This document shows, one piece after another, positions 31,185 through 44,300 of a stretch of DNA of 64,000 nt. Position 1 is the stretch's first letter. Every line of letters starts with the position of its first letter. The DNA lies in assembly GCF_009914755.1 (NCBI RefSeq), contig NC_060940.1; one strand, given 5' to 3'. The stretch comes from the human T2T-CHM13v2.0 reference genome, Homo sapiens. The position numbers were made by a program, and so were the translations under genes. The notes below the pieces were generated by a model that ran no database searches, had not been told where the DNA came from, and was given only the letters and a program-made list of their open reading frames with translations.

Positions 31185-34100
31185 GATGATTCGACTCGAT
31201 TCCATTTGATGATTATTCCATTGGAGTCCACTTAGTGAATCCTTTAGATTCTACTCGAAGATGATTCCATTCGAGTCCATTCGATGATACCATTCAATTC
31301 CATTCGTTGATGCTTCCATTCAAGTGCATTCGATGATATCATTCGATTCCATTTGATGATAATTCCATTTGATTCCATGCGATGATTCTATTCGATTCCA
31401 TTCAATGATAATTCCATTCAATTCAGTGATTCCTCTGGACTCCATTTGATGATGATTCCATTCAATGATTCCATTCGATTCTATTCGAAAATGATTCCAT
31501 TTGAATCCATTTGATGATGATTCCATTCCATTCCATTTGATGATTCCATTCTATTCTATTCGATGATGATTCCATTCAATTCCATTCGATGATGATTGGA
31601 TTCGATTCCATTTGATGATTTCATTTGATTCCATTCGTTAATGATTTCGATCAATTCCATTCGATGATTCCATTCGATTCCATTCGATAATGATTACATC
31701 CGAGTCCATTCGATGATTCCCTTTGAGCCTGTTCGATAATTCCATTTGAGTCCAACCAATGATTCCATTCATTTCCATTCAATGATTCCATTCGAGTCCA
31801 TTTGATCATTCCGGTAGGGTCCATTCGATGTTGATTCCATTGGAGTGCATTCGATGATTCCATTCGAGTCCATTTTAGGATTTGATTCGAGTCCTTTCGA
31901 TGATTCCATTCGATTCCACTCGATGATGATTTCATTCGAGTCCATTCGACACTTCCAATCGATTCCATTTGATGATTCCATTCGAGTCCAATTGATGATT
32001 CCATTCAATTCCATTCGATGATGATTCCGTACGATTCCATTCTGTGATGATTCCATGTGATTGCATTCAATGATGATTCCTTTCGATTGCATTCGATTAT
32101 GATTCATTTCGTGTTCATTCTATGGTTCCACAGGTTTCCATTCGTGTCCATTCCATTATTCCATTCTATTCCATTTGATGATGATTCCATTCGATTCCAT
32201 TCATTGGTGATTCCACTCAATTCCATTCAATGATTCCATTCCATTTCTTTCAACAATGATTCCATTAGTTTCTAATCGATGATCCACTTGATTCCATTTG
32301 ACGACGATTCCATTCTTGTCCATTCGATGATTCCATTTGATTCCATATGATGATGATTCCATTCGATTCCATACCATGATGATTCCATTCGAGTCCATTC
32401 AATGGTGATTCCATTCAATTCCATTCGATGATTCCTTTCGATTCCATTCGATGATGATGGCATTCGATTCCTTTCAATCATTCCCTTTGATTCCATTCAA
32501 AGGTGATTTCATTCAAGTCCATTCGATAATTGCATTCGATTCCATTCTATGATGATTCCATTCGAGTCCATTTGATGATTCCATTCAATTCAAGTCAATG
32601 ATGATTCCATTCGATTCCATTCGATGATTCCATTGGATTCCATTCGATGATGATTCCATTCAAATCCATTCGATAATTCAATTCAAGTCCATTCGATGAT
32701 GATTCCAATCGAATCCATTCAAAGATTCCATTCAGTTCCATTCGATGATTCCCTTAGATTCCATTCGATGATTCCACTTGATTCCATTTACGATGATTCC
32801 ATTCGATTCCATGTGATGATTCCATTCAATTCTATTCAATGATGTTTCCATTTGATTCCATTCGACCATGATTGCCTTTGATTCCATTCAATGATTCCAT
32901 TCGGTTCCTTTTGATGATGATTCCGTTCGATTCCATTTGATGATTCCATTTGATTCCATTGGATGAGTCCATTCGATTACATTCGATGATTATTCCATTC
33001 GAGTGCATTAGATGATTCCATTCGAGTCCATTCGATGATTCCATTCGATTCCATTCGATGTTGATTCTGTTCAAATCCATTCGATGATTCCACTCGATTC
33101 CATTCGATGACTCCAGTTGATCCCATTCGATGATTTCCTGTGATTCCCTTTGATGATCATTCCATTTGATTCAATTCGGTGATTTCATTTGATTCCATTC
33201 AGTGACGTTTCCATTCCACTCCATTCGATGATGATTCCATTCGACTCCATTCGATTATGATTTCATTCAATTCCATTTGATAATGATTCCCTTCGAGTCC
33301 ATTCGATGATTCCATTCGATTCCATTCAACGATGATTTGATTCGTGTCCATTCGATGATTCCATTTGATTCCACTTGATGATGATTCCATTCGAGTCCAT
33401 TTGATGATTCCATTCAATTCCATTCTCCGATGATTTCTTTTGAGCCCACTCAATGCTTCCACTCGATTCCATATGATGATGACTCCATTCGATGAAATTC
33501 GATGATGATTCCATTCGCTTGCGTTCGATGATGATTCCACTTGAGTCCGTTAGAAGATTCTATTCAATTACATTCCATGACGATTCCGTTCGAGTCCATT
33601 TGATGATTCCATTAGACTCCATTCGACGATGATTCCATTCGATGTTATTCGATGATTCCATTCGATCTCATTCGATGATGATTCCATTCAACTCCATTCG
33701 ATGTTTCCATTCGAGTTCATTCTATTATTCCATTAGATTCCATTCGATGATGATTCCATTCGATTCCATTTGATGATTGCATTGTATTTCATTTAATGAT
33801 GATTCCATTCGAGTCCACTCAATGATTCCATTCGAGTCCATTTAATGAATCCATTGGTTTCAATTCTATGATGATTACTTTGGATTCCATTCGTTGATGA
33901 TTTCATTCGGTTCCATTCAATGATGATTCCATTCAATTCCTTTCAATGTTTCCATTCAATTCCATACGATGATGATTCCATTTGATTTGATTCGACAGTG
34001 AGCCATTCGATTCAATTCCATGATGATTCTATTTGATTCAATTGGTTGACATTTCCATTCGATTCCATTCGATGATGATTCCCTTTGATTCCATTCAAAG

Positions 34101-37100
34101 ATGATTCCATTCTAGCCCATTCACTCATTCCATTCGATTCTATTCAATGATGATTCCATTCATGTCGATTTGGTGATTCCATTTGACTTCATTTGATGAT
34201 GATTCCTTTCAAGTTCATTAGATGATTCTATTCGATTCCATTTGATGATGATCCCATTCGAGTCCATTCAGTGATTCCATTCGTTTCCATTCCATGATGA
34301 TTCCATTCCATTCCATTCAATGATTCCATTCGATTCCGTTTGATGATGATTTCTTTCGAGTGCATTTGATGATTCCATTTGATTCCATTCGATGATGATT
34401 CCATTCGAGTCCATTCGATGATTCTACTCGAATCCACTTCATGATTTCTTTTGATTATAGTTGGTGATGATTCCATTGGAGTCCATTCAATGATTCCATT
34501 CGATTCCAATCGATGGTGATTCCATTAGAGTCCATTTAATGATTCCATTTGATTCCAGTCTCTGATGATTACATTCGAGTCCATACGATGATTCCACTCA
34601 ATTCCGTATGATGATGATTCCATTCGATTCCATTCGATGATTCCATTCTATTCTATTCAATGGTGATTCCATTCGAGTACATTAGATGATTCCATTCGAT
34701 TCCATTCAATGATGATTCTATTTGTGTCCCTTAGATGATTCCACATGATTCCATTAGATGATGATACTATTTGAGCCCATCCAATGATTCCCTTCGATTC
34801 CATTCGATGACGATTCCATTCGATTCAATTCATTGGTGATTCTATTCAATTCAATTCTTTGATTCCATTCCATTCCATTCGACAATGTTTCCATTCGATT
34901 TCTTTCGATGATTCCACTCGATTCCACTTGACATTGATTCCATTCAATTCCATTCAATGATTCCATTTGATTCCAGTGGATGATGATTGCCATCGATTCC
35001 ATTCGATCACTCCACTCTATTCCATTTGATGATGATTACATTCGATTCCATTTGATGATTCCATCTGATTCTATTCGAGGATTCCGTTTGATTCCTTTCG
35101 ATGATGATTCCATTCGAGTCCATTCGATGATTTCATTCGAGTACATCCAATGATTCCATTCGAGTCCATTTGATGATTCCATTTGATTCCATTTGATTAT
35201 GATTCTACTAGAGTCCATTCAATGACTCCATTCGAATCCATTCAACAATTCCATTCGAGTCCATTCGATGATTCCATTTCATGATTCCATTCGAGTCCAT
35301 TTAATCATTACAGTCAAGTCCGTTTGGTGATTCCACTGGATTTCTTTTGATAATGATACCATTCTATTACATTTGATGAAGATCCCATTCAATTTCATTT
35401 GATGGTGATTCCATTAGAGTCCATTCGATGATTTCATTCGAGTCCCTTCATTGATTCCATCCGATTTCATTTGATGATGACTCCATTCGAGTTCATTCGA
35501 TGATTCCACTCGATTCCATTAGATGATTCCATTGGAGTCCATTTCATTGTTCCATTCGATTCCATTCGATTCCTTTCGAAGATTATTCCATTTGAGTCCA
35601 TTCGATGATGATTCCATTCCATTCCATTCGATGATTCCGTTTGATTCCGTTCGATGATTCCCTTCAATTCCTTTCTTTGATGATTCCATTCCATTCCATT
35701 CAATGATTCCATTCGAATCTATTCCATGATGATTCCTTGCGATTCCATTCGCTGATGTTTCCATTCAATTCCATTCGATGATGATTCCATTCGATTCCAT
35801 TCATTGAGGATTCCATTTGATTCCATTAAATGATGATTCCGTTCTATTCCATTCAATGATTGCATTCAATTCCATTCAATGATTATCCCCTTAGAGTAAA
35901 CTCAACGATTCCATTCAATACCATTCGATGATGATTCCTTTTGAGTCCATTCAATGATTTCATTCAAGTCCATTTGATGATTCCTTTCAATTCCATTCTA
36001 TGATGATTCCATTCGAGTCCATTCGATGATTCCATTCAATTGCATTCGATGATTCCATTATATTCCAGTCAACGATGATTCCATTCGAGTCCATTCGATG
36101 ATTCCATTAGAGTACATTTAATGATTGCTTTGTTTTCAATTCGAAGATGATTACATTGGATTCCATTCTATGATACCATTCGATTCCATTCAATGATGAT
36201 TCCACTCAAATCCATTGGATGATTCCATTCGTGTCCGTTCGGTGATTTCATTAGATTCCATTCGAGGATGATTCCATTCGATTCCATTCGATGATTCCAT
36301 TCAATTCCATTTGATGATGATTCCATTCCAGTCCATATGATCATTCCATTTGATTTCATTCGATGATGATTCCATTCGATTCCATTCGATGATTCCATTC
36401 TATTCCATTCGATGATGATTCCATTCGAGTCCATTCGATCATTCCATTCGAGTCCATTTAATGATTCCATTGGGTTCAATTCAATGATGATTACATTGGA
36501 TTCCGTTCTATGATTCCATTCAATTCCGTTCATTGACAATTTGATTCCATTCGATGATGATTCCATTTGAGTTCATTCGATGATTCTATTCGATTCTCTT
36601 CGATGGTGATTCAATTCTATTATATTGGATGATTCCATTCGATTCCATTTGATGTTGATTCAATTCGATTCTATTCGATGATGATTCCATTGGATTTCAC
36701 TTGATGATTCTATTCGATTCCATTCAATGATGATTCACTTCTCGTCCATTGGATGATTCCATTTCATTCCATTCGATGATGATTCCATTTGATTCCTTTC
36801 GATGATTCCATTTGATTCCATGTGACGGTGAGCAATTCGATTCAATTCCATGATGATTCTATTTGATTCAATTAGATGATGTTTCCATTCGAATCCATTC
36901 CATGATTATTCCATTGGAATCCATTTGGCGATGATTCCATATGAGTCAATTCAATGATGATTCCATATGGGTCCGTTCGATGATAATTCCATTTGATTTC
37001 ATTCGATGCTTCTATTCAATTCCAGTCGATGATGATTCCGTTGGAGTCCATACGATGATTCCATTTGATTTCATTTGATGATGATTCCATTCGATGATGA

Positions 37101-37237
37101 TTACATTGGATTCCATTCTATGATTCCATTCAATTCCATTCGTTGATGATTCGATTCCATTCAATGATGATTCCATTTGAGTTCATTCGATGATTCTATT
37201 CGATTCCGTTCGATGGTGATTCAATTCTATTATATTG
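31185..37237. repeat. 6.1-kb unit U6 (6,053 bp; -49 near 31530, -10 near 35275)
   Basis: 31320->37373 = 6,053. The distal part shares U1-type variants. Confidence 0.88.
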
Positions 37238-39536
37238 GATGATTCCACTCGATTCCATTTGATGATTATTCCATTGGAGTCCACTTAGTGAATCCTTTAG
37301 ATTCTACTCGAAGATGATTCCATTCGAGTCCATTCGATGATACCATTCAATTCTATTCGTTGATGCTTCCATTCAAGTGCATTCGATGATATCATTCGAT
37401 TCCATTTGATGATAATTCCATTTGATTCCATGCGATGATTCTATTAGATTCCATTCAATGATAATTCCATTCAATACAGTGATTCTTCTGGACTCCATTT
37501 GATGATGATTCCATTCAATGATTCCATTCGATTCCATTCCGAAATGATTCCATTTGAATCCATTTGATGATGATTCCATTAGATTCCATTTGATGATTCC
37601 ATTCGATTCCATTTGACGATGATTCCATTCGATTCCATTTGATGATTCCATTCTATTCTATTCGATGATGATTCCATTCGATTCCATTCGATGATGATTG
37701 GATTCGATTCCATTTGATGATTTCATTTGATTCCATTCGTTAATGATTTCGATCAACTCCATTCGATGATTCCATTTCATTCCATTCGATAATGATTACA
37801 TCCGAGTCCATTCGATGATTCCATTTGAGCCCGTTCGATAATTCCATTTGAGTCCAATCAATGATTCCATTCATTTCCATTCAATGATTCCATTCGAGTC
37901 CATTTGATCATTCCGGTAGGGTCCGTTCGATGTTGATTCCATTGGAGTGCATTCGATGATTCCATTCGAGTCCATTTTATGATTTGATTCGAGTCCTTTC
38001 GATGATTCCATTCGATTCCACTCGATGATGATTTCATTCGAGTCCATTCGACACTTCCAATCGATTCCATTTGATGATTCCATTCGAGTCCAATTGATGA
38101 TTCCATTCAATTCCATTCGATGATGATTCCGTACGATTCCATTCTGTGATGATTCCATGTGATTGCATTCAATGATGATTCCTTTCGATTGCATTCGATT
38201 ATGATTCATTTCGTGTTCATTCTATGGTTCCACAGGTTTCCATTCGATGACGTTTCCGTTCGTGTCCATTCCATTATTCCATTCTATTTCATTTGATGAT
38301 GATTTCATTCGATTCCATTCATTGGTGATTCCACTCAATTCCATTCAATGATTCCATTCCATTTCTTTCAACAATGATTCCATTAGTTTCTATTCGATGA
38401 TCCACTTGATTCCATTTGGCGATGATTCCATTCGTGTCCATTCGATGATTCCGTTTGATTCCATATGATGATGATTCCATTCGATTCCATACGATGATGA
38501 TTCCATTCGTGTCCATTCAATGGTGATTCCATTCAATTCCATTCGATGATTCCTTCCGATTCCATTCGATGATGATGGCATTCGATTCCTTTCAATCATT
38601 CCCTTTGATTCCATTCAAAGGTGACTTCATTCAAGTCCATTCGATAATTGCATTCGATTCCATTCTATGATGATTCCATTCGAGTCCATTTGATGATTCC
38701 ATTCAATTCAAGTCAATGATGATTCCATTCGATTCCACTCGATGATTCCATTGGATTCCATTCGATGATGATTCCATTCAAATCCATTCGATAATTCAAT
38801 TCAAGTCCATTCGATGATGATTCCAATCGAATCCATTCAAAGATTCCATTCAATTCCATTCGATGATGATTCCCTTAGATTCCATTCGATGATTCCACTT
38901 GATTCCATTTAAGATGATTCCATTTGATTCCATGTGATGAATCCATTCAATTCTATTCAATGATGTTTCCATTTGATTCCATTGGACCATGATTGCCTTT
39001 GATTCCATTCAATGATTCCATTCGGTTCCATTTGATGATGATTCCGTTCGATTCCATTTCATTATTCCATTTGATTCCATTGGATGAGTCCATTCGATTA
39101 CATTCGATGATTATTCCATTCGAGTGCATTAGATGATTGCATTCGTGTCCATTCGATGATTCCATTTGATTCCATTCGATGTTGATTCTGTTCAAATCCA
39201 TTCGATGATTCCACTCGATTCCATTCGATGACTCCATTTGATCATTTTCGATGATTTCCTGTGATTCCCTTTGATGATCATTCTATTTGATTCAATTCGG
39301 TGATTTCATTTCATTCCATTCAGTGATGTTTCCATTCGACTGTATTCGATGATGATTCCATTCGACTCCATTCGATTATGATTTCATTCAATTCCATTCC
39401 ATAATGATTCCCTTCGAGTCCATTCGATGATTCCATTCGATTCCATTCAACGATGATTTGATTCGTTTCCATTCGATGATTCCATTTGATTCCACTTGAT
39501 GATGATTCCATTCGAGTCCATTTGATGATTCCATTC
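37238..39536. repeat. Truncated unit U7 (first ~2.3 kb of the 6.1-kb unit, U1-like haplotype)
   Basis: Colinear with the unit up to ...gagtccatttgatgattccattc (39536). It then departs (gagtctatttatgtattatattcg) from the canonical aattccat(a/t)ctccg. Confidence 0.85.
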
Positions 39537-41367
39537 GAGTCTATTTATGTATTATATTCGTGTCCACTTCATGATTCCATTCAATTCCATTTAATGTTGA
39601 TTCCATTTGATTCCATTTGATGATTCAGTTCAATTCCTTGCAATGATTCCCTACGATTCCTTTCTATGATGATTCCATTCGTTTCCATTCATTGATGATT
39701 TCATTCGACTCCATTCGATGATGATTCCTTTCGATTCCATTTGACGATGTTTCCATTCGAGTCCATTCGATGATGATTCTATTCAATTCTGTTCTATTAT
39801 GATTCCATTCGATTTCATTCAATGCTTCTATTTGATTCCATTCGATGATGATTCCATCTCTTTCCCTTCGATGATTCCATTTGATTCCATTCAGTGATGA
39901 TTCCATTTGATTCCATCTGATGATGATTTCACTTGATTCCTTTCAATGATGATTCAATTCAAGTCCATTCGATGATTCCATTGGAGTCCAAACGATCATT
40001 CCGTTCGATTCCATTCAATGGTGATTCCATTCATGTCCATTCGATGAATCCATTCAATTCCATTCGATGATGACTCCATTCGAGTACATTCGATGATTCC
40101 ATTTGATTCCATTGGAAGATGATTCCATTCAATTCCATTGGAAGATGATTCCATTCAATTCCATTCGATGATGATTCCGTATGAATCCATTCTCTGATTA
40201 TTCCATTCGATTCCATTCATTGACGATTCCATTCAATTCCATTCAATGATGATTCTCTTCTATTCCATTCGATGATTCCGGTCGATTCCATTCGATGATG
40301 ATTCCATTAGATTCCATTCGATTGTTGCATTCGATTCCCTTCGATGATGATTCCTTTGAATTCCATTCGATTATCATTCCGTATGAATCCATTTGATGAT
40401 TATTCCATTGGATTCCTTTCGATGATGATTCCATTCGATTCCATTTGATGATGTTTCTCTTGTATTCCATTGGATAATTCCTTTCAGTTCCCTTCGATGA
40501 TTATTCTTTCGAGTCAATTCGATGATTCTATTCCATTCCCTTCGATGATGATTCCATTTCACTCCATTTGATGATTCCATTCGACTCAATTTGGTGATGA
40601 TTCAATTCGATGATATTCGATGACTCCATTCAATTTCATTTGATGATGATTACATTCGAGTCCATTTGATGATTGTATTCCTTTCCTTTTGATGATTATT
40701 CCATTCGTGTCTATTCAAAGGTTCCATTCTATTCCATTCAATGATGATTGCATTTGATTCCATTCAATGATTATGGCTATCGATTCCACTCGTTGATTCC
40801 ATTTGATTCCGTTCGATGATTATTCTGTTAGATTCCATTAGAAGATTCCATTCGATTTTATTCAATGATTCCAATGGATTCCATTCAATGATGATTCCAT
40901 TCGACTCCATTCAGTGATTCCATTCGAGTCCATTTGATGATTCCATTCTTTTCCATTTGATGATGATTCCATTAGGGTCCATTCAATGATTCCATTCGAG
41001 TCCATTCGTTAATGCCTTTCGAGTCCTTTTGATCACTACATTCGAGTCCATTCAATGATTCTATTCGATTCCATTCCATGATGATTCCATTCGAGTTCAT
41101 TCGATGATTGCATTCGAGTCCATTTGATGATTCCATATGATTCCCCTCGACAATGATTCCATTCGTGTCCATTTGATGATTCCATTCATTTCCTCTCGAT
41201 GAAGATTCCATTCAAGTGTATTCGATGATTCCATTCAAATCCATTCGATGATGATTCCATTCCAGTCCATTCGATCATTCCACTTGATTCCATTTGATGA
41301 CTATTCCATTCAAATCCATTTGATGATTCCATTCGATTCCATTCGATGTTACCATTCGAGTATATAC
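39537..41367. repeat. ~1.83-kb diverged HSat2 spacer replacing the distal ~3.8 kb of a unit
   Basis: Still made of HSat2 monomers but lacks the 6.1-kb unit landmarks. It rejoins the unit at gatgattccactcgattccatttgatgattattccattggagtccacttag (41368). Confidence 0.85.
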
Positions 41368-44300
41368 GATGATTCCACTCGATTCCATTTGATGATTATT
41401 CCATTGGAGTCCACTTAGTGAATCCTTTAGATTCTACTCGAAGATGATTCCATTCGAGTCCATTCGATGATACCATTCAATTCCATTCGTTGATGCTTCC
41501 ATTCAAGTGCATTCGATGATATCATTCGATTCCATTTGATGATAATTCCATTTGATTCCATGCGATGATTCTATTCGATTCCATTCAATGATAATTCCAT
41601 TCAATTCAGTGATTCCTCTGGACTCCATTTGATGATGATTCCATTCAATGATTCCATTCGATTCTATTCGAAAATGATTCCATTTGAATCCATTTGATGA
41701 TGATTCCATTGGATTCCATTTGATGATTCCATTCGATTCCATTCGATGATGATTCCATTCGATTCCTTTTGATGAATCCATTCTATTGTATTCGATGATG
41801 ATTCCATTCGATTCCATTCGATGATGATTGGATTCGATTCCATTTGATGATTTCATTTGATTCCATTCGATAATGATTTCGATCAATTCCATTCGATGAT
41901 TCCATTCGATTCCATTCGATAATGATTACATCCGAGTCCATTCGATGATTCCATTTGAGCCCGTTCGATAATTCCATTTGAGTCCAATCAATGATTCCAT
42001 TCATTTCCATTCAATGATTCCATTTGAGTCCATTTGATCATTCCGGTAGGGTCCGTTCGATGTTGATTCCATTGGAGTGCATTCGATGATTCCATTCGAG
42101 TCCATTTTATGATTTGATTCGAGTCCTTTCGATGATTCCATTAGATTCCACTCGATGATTTCATTCGAGTCCATTCGACACTTCCAATCGATTCCATTTG
42201 ATGTTTCCATTCGATTCCAATTGATGATTCCATTCAATTCCATTCGATGATGATTCCGTACGATTCCATTCTGTGATGATTCCATGTGATTGCATTCAAT
42301 GATGATTCCTTTCGATTGCATTCGATTATGATTCATTTCGTGTTCATTCTATGGTTCCACAGGTTTCCATTCGATGATGTTTCCATTCGTGTCCATTCCA
42401 TTATTCCATTCTATTCCATTTGAAGATGATTCCATTCGATTCCATTCATTGGTGATTCCACTCAATTCCATTCAATGATTCCATTCCATTTCTTTCAACA
42501 ATGATTCCATTAGTTTCTATTCGATGATCCACTTGATTCCATTTGACGATGATTCCATTCGTGTCCATTCAATGATTCCATTTGATTCCATATGATGATG
42601 ATTCCATTCGATTCCATACGATGATGATTCCATTCGAGTCCATTCAATGGTGATTCCATTCAATTCCATTCGATGATTCCTTCCGATTCCATTCAATGAT
42701 GATGGCATTCGATTCCTTTCGATCATTCCCTTTGATTCCATTCAAAGGTGATTTCATTCAAGTCCATTCGATAATTGCATTCGATTCCATTCTATGATGA
42801 TTCCATTCGAGTCCATTTGATGATTCCATTCAATTCAAGTCAATGATGATTCCATTCGATTCCACTCGATGATTCCATTGGATTCCATTCGATGATGATT
42901 CCATTCAAATCCATTCGATAATTCAATTCAAGTCCATTCGATGATGATTCCAATCGAATCCATTCAAAGATTCCACTCAATTCCATTCGATGATGATTTC
43001 CTTAGATTCCATTCGATGATTCCACTTGATTCCATTTACGATGATTCCATTCGATTCCATGTGATGATTCCATTCAATTCTATTCAATGATGTTTCCACT
43101 TGATTCCATTCGAACATGATTGCCTTTGATTCCATTCAATGATTCCATACGGTTCCATTTGATGATGATTCCATTCGAGTGCATTAGATGATTCCATTCG
43201 AGTCCATTCGATGATTCCATTCGATTCCATTCGATGTTGATTCTGTTCAAATCCATTCGATGATTCCACTCGATTCCATTCGATGACTCCATTTGATCCC
43301 ATTCGATGATTTCCTTTGATTCCCTTTGATGATCATTCCATTTGATTCAATTCGGTGATTTCATTTGATTCCATTCAGTGATGTTTCCATTCAACTCCTT
43401 TCGATGATGATTCCATTCGACTCCATTCGATTATGATTTCATTCAATTCCATTCGATAATGATTCCCTTCAAGTCGATTCGATGATTCCATTCGATTCCA
43501 TTCAACGATGATTTGATTCGTGTCCATTCGATGATTCCATTTGATTCCATTTGATGATTATTCCATTCGAGTCCCTTTGATGATTCCATTCAATTCCATT
43601 CTCCGATGATTTCTTTTGAGCCCATTCAATGCTTCCACTCGATTCCATATGATGATGACTCCATTTGATGAAATTCCATGATGATTCCATTCGCTTGCAT
43701 TCGATGATGATTCCACTTGAGTCCGTTAGAAGATTCTATTCAATTACATTCCATGACGATTCTGTTCGAGTCCATTTGATGATTCCATTAAACTCCATTC
43801 GACGATGATTCCATTCGATGTTATTCGATGATGATTCCATTGAACTCCATTCGATGTTTCCATTCGAGTTCATTCTATTATTCCATTAAATTCCATTCGA
43901 TGATGATTCCATTAGATTCCATTTGATGATTGCATTCTATTTCATTTGATGATGATTCCATTCGAGTCCATTCGATGATTCCATTCGAGTCCATTTAATG
44001 AATCCATTGGTTTCAATTCTATGATGATTACATTGGATTCCATTCGTTGATGATTTCATTCGATTCCATTCAATGATGATTCCATTCAATTCCATTCAAT
44101 GATTCCATTCAATTCCATACGATGATGATTCCATTTGATTTGATTCGACAGTGAGCCATTCGATTCAATTCCATGATGATTCTATTTGATTCAATTGGTT
44201 GACATTTCCATTCGATTCCATTCGATGATGATTCCATTTGATTCCATTCAAAGATGATTCCATTCTAGCCCATTCAATCATTCCATTCGATTCTATTCAA

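Larger units (their letters stand above)
963..41367. repeat. ~40.4-kb super-repeat (higher-order repeat) copy A: six ~6.1-kb units + truncated unit + 1.83-kb spacer
   Basis: Constant offset of 40,405/40,404 between 1-12 kb and 40.4-52.3 kb, including the spacer and all U1-specific indels. Confidence 0.85.

Noticed and set aside
39537-41367. Mobile-element insertion as the explanation for the spacer
   Set aside because: It is composed of HSat2 monomers throughout, with no poly(A) tail, terminal repeats, target-site duplication or Alu/L1/LTR sequence.
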